Assembly (NCBI RefSeq): GCF_006345805.1
Contig: NW_021824758.1
Location: 1-17,730, forward strand
Source: Octopus sinensis
Lineage: Eukaryota
Direction: 5' to 3'
DNA: 17,730 bases
Below, piece after piece: positions 9,346 through 17,730 of the stretch; the first letter of the stretch is position 1, and every line of letters starts with the position of its first letter. The notes below the pieces were generated by a model that saw only the letters and a program-made list of their open reading frames with translations, did not search any database and was not told the origin of the DNA. The position numbers and the translations under genes are program-made.

Positions 9346-9900
9346 AACTGTGAATGTGTGTCTGTCTGTCTTTCTGTTTCCCTAAAACTTGAGAACTACA
9401 CAACCAATTTCATTCAAATTTTACACATGCTTTATTTAGTGTCCATGTAGTTTCATGGGCAAAAAATGTTCAACTTCTTGTCTAGAGCGAGCCCATAGCA
9501 ATATCATATCTTCTCCACTATTTCAGTATTATGTATTAAAAATGAAACAAAAACATTTCTCTATTTTATGTCAGATATTTCACTGTAACAATAAAAATTA
9601 GAGATAATAATAACAATTGAGTTATATGTAGTAAGTAATAATTAAAATCAAACTAAAGTATAATATAATCGTAACATAACAAAAGTAAAAATAGCAATTG
9701 GTATAAAATTGCATCAATGACTTGAACTTGAAAAAGTGGTTTCACATGAATGGGAATAAATTAAAAATAAAATTAGTGTGCAGAAATGGAATAGTCCAGA
9801 TGGATAATAAAAAATTAAATTAAAGAAAAGACTATTGTCTATAAAGTATACAATGTAGAGAAAAAAGAAGATTTGAACACCTAAAGGAAAGCACCTTCGA
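9329..9900 (+). mobile_element. Probable non-autonomous Helitron-like element (5' end clear, 3' end undefined)
   Basis: Starts 'tctatatatatatataaaactgtg', then 'gtctgtctgtct' and 'aactacacaaccaatttcattcaaatttt', the layout typical of non-autonomous Helitron 5' ends. No convincing hairpin plus CTAG terminus found. Confidence 0.5.
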
Positions 9901-10195
9901 AAAGTGTCTTGGTGCGACTATGAAAGATATTTAACCAGAGGCGGTAAATTCGCCACAATAGAAGCAAGGTCCGAGTCAATGGAGCGTGCAAGGGAGTACT
10001 CGACTCGAACTTGCAAAGTGGAAATATTTTATTTTTACCTTTATATCTGGGACGTAGGACGTCCCGGATAAAAATTTAAAATGCCCCCCACCTTCCCAGA
10101 AGTAGAGGTAGGCTGGATTGTAGTCACACTTCTATACAAGAGGGAGGACAAGATACAATTGATCGAAATTACAAGAGAGGGGCTAACAATTCCAG

Positions 10196-10284
<89 letters not shown>

Positions 10285-10286
10285 TT
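10196..10286. repeat. (CTAT)n tetranucleotide microsatellite
   Basis: Direct reading. Confidence 0.97.
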
Positions 10287-10779
10287 ATTTTTCGATAACA
10301 GGTTCAGTTACATCTCTTCTCGTATAGCTATAAGCTAAAACAAACTAGAACGAAGTCCACCCAAACGCCAGCTACTCTACAAAGCAACTTCGACAGCAAG
10401 CATCTTCCTTCCAAAAAAAAAAAAATAGAAAGAAAAAAATTAGCTACCAGAGATAGCAATTGTTATACCAACTCTCACGATGCTGATCGATCTTCTCATC
10501 ACACTGAGAACCGGCCAAAATCTGCCATAAAACAGATCGAAAATAATGTAAACAAACCTCTGCCGCCAGCATTGAAAAACGCTCGTATATTTCTACTCCC
10601 ATACATCTTTCTTAACAAATCTTTTGACATTAATTGTTTTATGATATATTTTTAATGTATTGATTTATGATTGTGCTAAAATATTTGGAACATCGTTGTT
10701 CGAACTTTGATGAATCTTCAGGCAGGACAAATATTTTACTGATTATTTTAGAAACCGTTTATAACTGTATTTCAATATT

Positions 10780-11211
10780 CTTTTCTACTCTAGGCACAAG
10801 GCCCGAAATATTTGGGGGAAGGGGACAGTCGATTAGATCAACCCCAGTACGCAACTGGTACCTAATTTATCGACCCCGAAAGGATGAAAGGTAAAGTCGA
10901 CCTCGGTGAAATTTCAACTCAGAACGTCAAGACAGACGAAATATTTCTAAGCATTTCGTCCGGCGTTCTAACGTTTCTTATTTCTTTATTGCCCACAAAG
11001 GGCTAAACTTAGAGGGGACAAACAAGGACAGACAAAGGGATTAGGTCGATTAGATCAACCCCAGTACGAACTGGTATTTAATTTATCGACACCGAAGGGA
11101 AGAAAGGCAAGGACGACCTCGACGAAATTTGAACACAGAACGTCAAGACAGACGAAATACTTCTAAGCATTTCCCCCGTCATGCTAACGTTTCTGCCAGC
11201 TCGCCGCCTTA
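10780..11211 (-). mobile_element. Dimeric SINE family C, full length, with 17-bp TSD
   Basis: Minus strand starts GGCGGCGAGCTGGCAGAAACGTTAGC. Two related monomers (gtcgattagatcaaccccagtacg...cagaacgtcaagacagacgaaata repeated). TSD aactgtatttcaatatt at 10763-10779 and 11212-11228. Confidence 0.93.
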
Positions 11212-11242
11212 AACTGTATTTCAATATTATATACTTACGTAC

Positions 11243-11498
11243 GGCAGCGAGCTGGCAGAATGGTTAGCATGCCGAGCGAAACAGTTAGCAAAAACACCTA
11301 AGCTCCACGCGGCTCCGGCAGAAGGTAATGGCAAACTTCTGCTGACCCTTTCGCCATAACTTTCTCTCACTCTTTCTTCCTGCATCTTGCAGCTCACCTG
11401 CGACGGGCCGGCGTCCCGTGCAGGGGGGGTACCTATACGCGAAGGAAACCGGGAAACCGGCCCTTATGAGCCAGGCATGGCTCGAGAAGGAACAAACA
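11243..11498 (+). mobile_element. Chimeric SINE: family C head (11243-11288) joined to family B tail-type-1 body (11288-11498)
   Basis: 'ggcagcgagctggcagaatggttagc' continues into 'aaaaacacctaagctccacgcggctcc...ccaggcatggctcgagaaggaac', matching the reverse complement of 996-1200. Confidence 0.88.
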
Positions 11499-11580
11499 TG
11501 AAAGGGAGGAAAAGCAAAATCGATATTGGTGGAATTTGAGCTCAGAACGTAATTACAGAGTTTAGAACACGAAGACAGAA

Positions 11581-11915
11581 TGCAAATCCCGCGGAGGTCG
11601 AATTAACCTTTGATTCTCTCGTCGATAAACTAGTACCAGTTGAATACTGGGGTCGATGTAACCGTCTTACCTTCTCCTACGAACTTGCTGGCCTTGTGCC
11701 AAAGTTTGAGCCCGCGATCCTTCAACCTCGGTCTGAGAATCGAACCCGCGATCCCTCGACCGCGAGCCCGCTGCTCTAACCACTAGGCCACGTGCCTCCA
11801 CCATCTCTTTCAAGGGGTCGATAAAATAAGCAACATTTGAGTACAGGGGTGTCAACGTAATCGTGTTACCCTCTCCCGCGAACTTGCTGGCATTGTGCCA
11901 AAATTCGAAACCAAT
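11581..11915. mobile_element. Two degenerate plus-strand family C bodies (11581-11709, 11797-11915) separated by a minus-strand family B head (about 11711-11791)
   Basis: 'gaacttgctgg..ttgtgccaaa' ends both bodies; 'ctgctctaaccactaggccacgtgcctccac' is the reverse complement of the B head. Confidence 0.8.
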
Positions 11916-12161
11916 TATCCAAAGAATTCGATTCGAAGAAGATAAAATGCTTGATAACACCCGTCCCCGTCAACACCGAAGGAAGGAATGAAAAAGAAAG
12001 AAGGGAAAGAGTGACAGGAAGACTGAAGAAAGTTTTAAAGAAAATTCGAGTTAATTAGTTGTTTAATGGTGACACAAGGAAAATGGCGTGTTTCGGGGAA
12101 GACAGAGCGCTGTTGTTATATTTACGATTGTGTATCTGTCCGTCTGTGGTTTCTGTCTAAG

Positions 12162-12205
<44 letters not shown>

Positions 12206-12530
12206 TGACATATGCGCATGTATATATGTATGTATGCATGTATTATGTTTGTATATGCGCGTGTATGTATATATATACATATATATGCAAATACATATAT
12301 ATACATATATATATACATACATATATATATACATACATACGGATATACATGTGTATACATGAATAAATCTATGTGCACAAATGTGTATATATATGTGTGT
12401 ATGTATATATGTATGTGTATGTATATATGTATACATACATACACACACATACTGCATACATACATACACACACATACATACATACATACATACATACATA
12501 CATACATACATACATACATACATACATGTT
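12162..12530. repeat. (CA)n/(TA)n/(TACA)n compound microsatellite
   Basis: Direct reading. Confidence 0.95.
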
Positions 12531-12637
12531 ATTTACTATTAACTATCGTATGAGTGACAGTTTGAGGTAAGCTAAGCGGTGTTAACTGGAACATGTTTTA
12601 GAAGCAGAGCTAAGAAAGTGCAAACTGGGCGATAATG

Positions 12638-12638
12638 C

Positions 12639-12690
<52 letters not shown>

Positions 12691-12691
12691 T

Positions 12692-12732
<41 letters not shown>

Positions 12733-12760
12733 TTAGATAGATAGATAGAAAGATAGATAG
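12638..12760. repeat. (AGAT)n tetranucleotide microsatellite
   Basis: Direct reading. Confidence 0.97.
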
Positions 12761-12889
12761 AGGGGGTGACAGAAACGGTAGGAAGAGTATTGGGGGGCAG
12801 TTGAAAATGGTTGATGACATAAAGAAGTTTACCACCTCAAAATGTCCGTTTGTTGTTTTGTAGATGTCAGTTCAACAAAATGCTAATGC

Positions 12890-13402
12890 TTCGTGTGTGT
12901 GTGTGTGTATGTGGAGGGATTGTGCGGGCGGGTGTGTGCGAGTTGTCCTTCATTTAGTGAGTATGCGTGTATGTGTGTGTGAATACTAGCTTCTCTTTGT
13001 GCTGTGTCTGTGTCTGTGTGTGTGAGTGGCTTTTCGTAGTGTATGCGTATGTATGTGAGTGTGTGAGTAATGTTTTCTCAATGTGTGTATGTTTGTTTAT
13101 GAGCAGTAGCTTCTCTTAGTGTGTGTGCGTGTGTGTGTGCGTGTGTGTGTGTGTGCATGTGTCTGTGTGCGTGTGTGTGTGCGTATGTGTGTGTGCGTGT
13201 GTGTGTGCGTGTGTAGTAGTAGTAGTGGTAGTAGTAGTAGTAGTAGTAGTTGTTGTTGTTGTTGTAGTAGTAGTTGTAGTAGTAGTAGCTTCTGTGTGTG
13301 TGTAAGTGAATAGTGGCTTCTGTGTGTGTGTCTTTGTGTGTGTGTGCGTGTATGAATAGTAGCTTCCCTTTGTGTGTGAGAGTGTGTGCAGTAACCTCTC
13401 TT

Positions 13403-13433
<31 letters not shown>

Positions 13434-13552
13434 GTGTCTGTGCGTGTAACTATTGACTTATCTTTGCGTGTGTGTATATATCTATACGCGAGTAATGGCT
13501 TCTGTGTGCGTGCGTGTGTTGTGGTAGTAGTACTAGTAGTAGTAGGAGGAGG

Positions 13553-13584
<32 letters not shown>

Positions 13585-13690
13585 TAGATAGCTTCTCTTG
13601 GTGCATGTGTGTGAGTGTGTGTGTGTGTTACTTTGTGTATTGTATATCTGAGGTGACATTCATGGCTGCCGTGTTTATGTGTGTGTGTTT
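12890..13690. repeat. Composite (GT)n/(GTA)n array punctuated by a recurring GAATAGTAGCTTCTCT-like motif
   Basis: About ten variants of the motif between 12981 and 13602. Confidence 0.85.
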
Positions 13691-13901
13691 CTGTGTTTGT
13701 CCTTCACCCCTGTTTGACAACCGATGATGGTGTGTTTATATCCCCGTAACTTAGTGGTTCGGCTAAAGAGTTCGATAAAATAAGTCCTAGGCTTTAAAAA
13801 ATGAAAAACAAATACTGGATTATTTGACTAAACGTTCACCTAGACGGTGCTCTAGCATGACAGCAGTCTAATGACAGAAACAAGAAAAAGAATAAAAGAA
13901 T
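13690..13901 (+). mobile_element. SINE family A 3' body (diverged)
   Basis: 'tttgacaaccgatgatggtgtgttta...gtaacttagtggttcggc...gacggtgctctagcatg...aataaaagaa'. Confidence 0.85.
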
Positions 13902-13947
13902 TTTAGAAATCCAAGCAGCTAAACTAATCGATCACTACTCAACCTCA

Positions 13948-14229
13948 TCAATAACATGTCCTCTTTCTCCGAGGTTTGTGTTCTATAGTGAAACTGTACA
14001 CCCCTCCCGGTAAAAAGTGGTCGGAACCAGCCATTATAAATAAACCAGTAACTGGTCGACAGGAGAAGGTCGGATATCGAGAGTACGTGTAGACTGTGTT
14101 GATAGTCGTGTCTGTGCTGATATAGTAATTATACTGTGATACTGAGTCGGCATTATATCGATCCAACCCTGGGGGTCGTACAGTGCGAAATAGAACCATT
14201 CTAGCGATGACTTCGGAATATAACAATAT
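13948..14229 (-). CDS. Candidate coding exon of unknown product
   Basis: Acceptor ttgtctctctgacAG (14231-14230). The frame opens right at the acceptor (in-frame TGA just upstream), runs 93 codons with many RNY codons, and ends TGA TGA. CpG-rich and not recognisably repetitive. No strong donor. Confidence 0.33.
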   Translation of the reverse strand: MLLYSEVIARMVLFRTVRPPGLDRYNADSVSQYNYYISTDTTINTVYTYSRYPTFSCRPVTGLFIMAGSDHFLPGGVYSFTIEHKPRRKRTCY

Positions 14230-14462
14230 CTGTCAGAGAGACAACCGCGGTCAAAAGACAGATAAAACAGTGGCAAAATACCTCTTCACAATAGTTTGTC
14301 ATGTGTCTCTCAGAATTAGTTTCCCGTTTAATTTTCGGTGTATGTATTTTTTCTCAATCTCAGACCGACAATCAATTCTATTGACCTTCTATGCGGCATC
14401 CTCCCACGAGGCAACAAAATTTGTTTCAACACACCAGTTCACATCAAGAATTTTGCACACCA

Positions 14463-14948
14463 TTTTATCTTTTTATTCTTCTACACTTTCACTTGTTCTA
14501 GTCATTTGATTGCGGCCATGGTGGAGCACGGCCTTAAAGGATTTTTTTTTTCGTTGAAGAAATTGACCCCAAGACTTATTCTTTGTAAGCCCAGTACTTT
14601 TGCCGTTCCTTTTGCCGAACCGCTCAGTTCTGGAGGCCCAAACACACCAGCATCGGTTATCAAGCGATGGTGGGAGAGACAAAGACACACACACACACAC
14701 ACATACACATACAGATGTGTATGTATGTACGTGTATGTATATATGTATATATACATACATACATACACACGTAAATATATTCGACGGTCTTCTTTAAGTT
14801 TCTGTCTACCATATCCGCTCACAAGGATTTGGTTGGCTCGGGGATATAGTAGAAGACACTTGCTCAAGGTGCCACGCAGTGAGACTGAACCCGGGGAGCC
14901 ATGTGGTTGGGAAGCAAGCGTCTTACCACACAGCCGAGCCTGCACCTA
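14463..14948 (-). mobile_element. SINE family A, full length
   Basis: Minus strand: head 'ggtgcaggctcggctgtgtggtaagacgc...gggttcagtctc', CORE-like 'gcaccttgagcaagtgtcttctactat', central microsatellite, 3' body and A-rich tail. Confidence 0.92.
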
Positions 14949-15526
14949 TACAACAACAACAACAAAGAAAGAAAGACAGAAAGAAAGAAAGAAAGGAGGA
15001 AAGAAAGGAAAAGAAAAGAAAGAAAATGGTGAGGAAATAAGCTTAGCTTGATAATCGATCCTGACCTACTGAGATAAAGGAGATAATCCACCCACTACTT
15101 CATCCAATTTGATATTCATTTCGATTAATTAACAACAGAAGACAGGCGTTCAAAAGAGATATGTTTATAAACAACTAAAAATGGCTGAGAGGCGTGGGAT
15201 GTGATCTACATTTGAAACCGTTCCTTCTGCACTGATTCACATAGTGAAATTATTTACAAATCCGTTGATTGGAACTGGACAGTGAAACTATTTCCTATTT
15301 TAACTATAGTTAATTATATATTATAATACATTATATTATAACATATTACATCATATTCTATTCTATTATATTATAGCGTTCTTTTACGCTTTCCTGTCTC
15401 ACTTGATAATTATGTTATAATTTCCTTCTCGAAAAAAAAAATTGTTTTGATAATATCACTTAAATTACAAGGTGAGCGTATTTCTTACACGTACGCACTA
15501 TAGGACAAAATGATTTACAGGTTCCG

Positions 15527-16030
15527 CTATCTTTTTATCTTTTACTTGTTGCGGCCATGCTGGGGCACCGCCTTGAAGAGCATTTAGTTGAATGAATCGA
15601 CCCCAGTACTTAATTTTCAGTTTTAAGCCTAATATTTTTTTCTGTCGGTCTCATTTAAAAGATAAAAAATATATGCGCCCTTTTTAAAGCCTAGCCAGAG
15701 TCATGGGCCCGGTTTCCCGGTTTCTATGGTGTATGTGTTCCCCAGCTGAACGGGACGCCAGTCCGTCATAGGATTACTCATTTCTGCTAGCTGAGTGAAA
15801 TGAAGTGTTTTGCTCAAGAACACAACGCATTGCCCGGTCCAGGAATCGAAACCACAATCTTACGATCCTGATGCTGACACCCTAACCACTAAACCACGCG
15901 CCTCCACGTCGGTCTCATTTATCGAACCACTAATTTGCTGGGACGTAAACACACTAACGCCAGTTGTCAAGCGGCGGTGGGGGGAACTAACAGACACAAT
16001 GATACATAAACACATAAACACACACACACA
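15527..16030 (-). mobile_element. SINE family A 3' body interrupted by a younger family B SINE
   Basis: 'gcggccatgctggggcaccgcc...gtcggtctc' resumes after 15907 as 'gtcggtctc...gggacgtaaacac...gttgtcaagcg'. Confidence 0.85.
15658..15907 (-). mobile_element. tRNA-derived SINE with family B head, CORE-like middle and tail related to type 1; 14-bp TSD
   Basis: Minus strand starts GTGGAGGCGCGTGGTTTAGTGGTTAGGG; 'gttgtgttcttgagcaaaacactt'. TSD gtcggtctcattta at 15644-15657 and 15908-15921. Confidence 0.9.
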
Positions 16031-16089
16031 CACACACGTATACATATATATGTGTGTGTGTGATTTTGGAGCTAATGGGTATATAGTTC

Positions 16090-16257
16090 TATATTTAAGA
16101 GACGAGGAATTATTTACATTATTTACATTTCTTTACATTTGACGGATATTTGTCAACATCTTGTTTGTTGTTAACACAATGTTTCGGCTGATATATCCTC
16201 CTGCCTTCATCAGGTGTCTTGGGGGAAATTTCGAACCTGGGTTCTCATTCCTAAGGT
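16090..16257 (-). mobile_element. Penelope-like element terminal fragment
   Basis: Carries the hammerhead motif at 16173-16218; family assignment is inference from that motif. Confidence 0.6.
16173..16218 (-). ncRNA. Minimal type I hammerhead ribozyme motif (slightly mutated)
   Basis: GACAC-CUGAUGA-A-GGCAG-gaggauauau-CAGCC-GAAA-C-AUU-GUGUU. Stem I GACAC/GUGUU; stem II 4 of 5 bp; both conserved core boxes present; NUH triplet AUU. Confidence 0.7.
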
Positions 16258-16316
16258 GTCCATTATAACCTTCGAACAAGCTGCTGGCCTCCCCTGTTCG
16301 AAGGTTATAATGGACA
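16257..16316. repeat. Perfect 22-bp inverted repeat with 16-nt loop
   Basis: tgtccattataaccttcgaaca (16257-16278) and tgttcgaaggttataatggaca (16295-16316). Confidence 0.97.
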
Positions 16317-17169
16317 GAGGTTCGTGTGTCACATAGATAGCTAGAGGTGATGGCCTCTAGGAGATAATCAACGGCAGAATTCGTCCTATTTTTCTGGACT
16401 GCCATGTTAGCTTGGCGATAACTATTAATAAAGAAGTTACGTGCATTTGAATTTATGTAATTTTAACCAATGGGTGGTGTCCTTAGCCAATATATCGTAG
16501 ATAGGGACCTTCTGTTGTCATGGAAATCAGCAAAGACAACGAAGATGAACCCTGTACGTGGCCCCTAGACCCGCTAGAAATAACAGCTAAATCTTCTTAA
16601 TGTCTAAAAAACTGAAAGGACGACATTTTATATGACGTTATAAGTTTGGCAGAAATTTAATAAGATCCCAAAATAGTTAAACTTCAAGTTTTGTCTGTAT
16701 TTCTGTCTTGTTGTTTTTATGTGACTGAGTAGAGTAAAAAATGTAAACTATCTATTTTCCAGTCGTGTCAGAACGTCTATTCGACAATTAATGTATCACT
16801 TCTTTCCAAGTCTTTCGTTCGCTCGCTTCTTATTTTTGTATATTAATTCAAGCATTCTTCACTATATATTTTCTCATCTTGAATATCTTCCCTCCACTTT
16901 TTCAATCTCTGATAAACATACATCCACATATGACGGTTGCTAAAGTCATTAGAATCCGACGGTCTTATTCTATCGGATCGAAACTACAAAAATGCCCGAA
17001 TAGTCAGCTGATGAGGGGACATTCTCGGTTTGCTTTCTCTATTATATCTTTCATTCGTCTGTGCCTAATTTCTTTTACAAACACACACACACACACACAC
17101 AAACATATGTAGACATATATTACATAAGACAAGAGAGAAACCACCAGATGGCGGTGTTTTCCCAAATTT

Positions 17170-17400
17170 AAGCAATGTCGAGTGGAGTTGATCTGGTCTT
17201 TAAAAACCAATTCAGAGAAACTATGGTCTTGGGAAACGCTAGAGAAATGTAGAGGCTTCGGTGGGTTATGATGGCGCCTAAACAACTCTGAACGTCTATA
17301 AATATTATACACCCAGCCATGATGTTCCTGGGAGGTGTATTGTAGATTTTTAAGCAAGAACAATTTAATACGCCAATTTATGTTGACATACTTTGTCCTA
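17170..17400 (+). mobile_element. Possible highly degenerate Tc1-like transposase relic
   Basis: One frame reads ...RLRWVMMAPKQL*TSINIIHPAMMFLGGVL*IFKQEQFNTPIYVDIL, loosely like the KHP.SVMVWG and N...Y..IL motifs. Confidence 0.33.
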
Positions 17401-17473
17401 TGTGCACGCGCACATAGCACGTGTATTTATGTATATACACGAATACCACACATACATAATACATAATATGTAT

Positions 17474-17556
<83 letters not shown>

Positions 17557-17730
17557 TGTGTATGTGCATGTGTGTGCGTGTGGGTATGTGCGGATACATG
17601 TATATGTATACATACACACATATATATATATGTATGTTTATATGTATATATATGTTCATTTGTATTAAACATATGAGTATAAGTTTATATGCATATATAT
17701 ATAAATAAATATATATTATATGTTCATATG
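17400..17730. repeat. (TA)n/(TG)n/(CA)n compound microsatellite
   Basis: Direct reading. Confidence 0.95.

Noticed and set aside
12555-12572. Plus-strand 6-nt microexon-like pattern gacag|TTTGAG|gtaagc
   Set aside because: No pyrimidine tract and no other plus-strand gene evidence.
12981-13602. CRISPR array interpretation of the punctuated repeat
   Set aside because: Eukaryotic context, degenerate repeats, low-complexity spacers of irregular length and no cas genes.
14070-14110. Minus-strand LSISDLLL resembling GPCR TM2
   Set aside because: In-frame stops upstream and no TM1 or TM3 context.
14338-14470. Plus-strand acceptor-like tttttctcaatctcag followed by open frames
   Set aside because: No donor, the frames run into a SINE, and there is no recognisable protein.
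16975-17020. GAAA-CTA...TAG-TC followed by CTGATGAG, resembling a type II hammerhead
   Set aside because: Only 2 nt separate the GUC from CUGAUGA, so stem I cannot form, and stem II has at most 2 pairs.
115-17708. Dozens of ORFs rich in YI/HT/CV/VVV/GGG repeats in the ORF track
   Set aside because: They are translations of di-, tri- and tetranucleotide microsatellites, which lack stops by construction; no coding signal.

Overview
Eukaryotic, repeat-dense, mostly intronic/intergenic DNA. The tRNA-derived SINE families and extreme microsatellite load look like an octopus (coleoid cephalopod) genome; this is recognition from memory, not a database check. Almost all ORFs in the supplied track are microsatellite artefacts. 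Supported features: three interleaved SINE families (labelled A, B, C here), several with target-site duplications (TSDs); two clear Tc1/mariner transposase relics plus a weaker third; three Penelope-like fragments, each with a minimal hammerhead-ribozyme-like core; and a probable Helitron 5' end. One plausible real coding exon lies on the minus strand (5328-5101) and ends in a GPI-anchor-like hydrophobic tail. The most interesting structure is a SINE flanked by an unusually long 121-bp direct repeat that duplicated the splice acceptor and first 36 codons of that exon, potentially creating two alternative last exons (anchored versus SINE-tailed and unanchored). A second candidate exon (14229-13948) and a perfect 22-bp hairpin (16257-16316) are unresolved.
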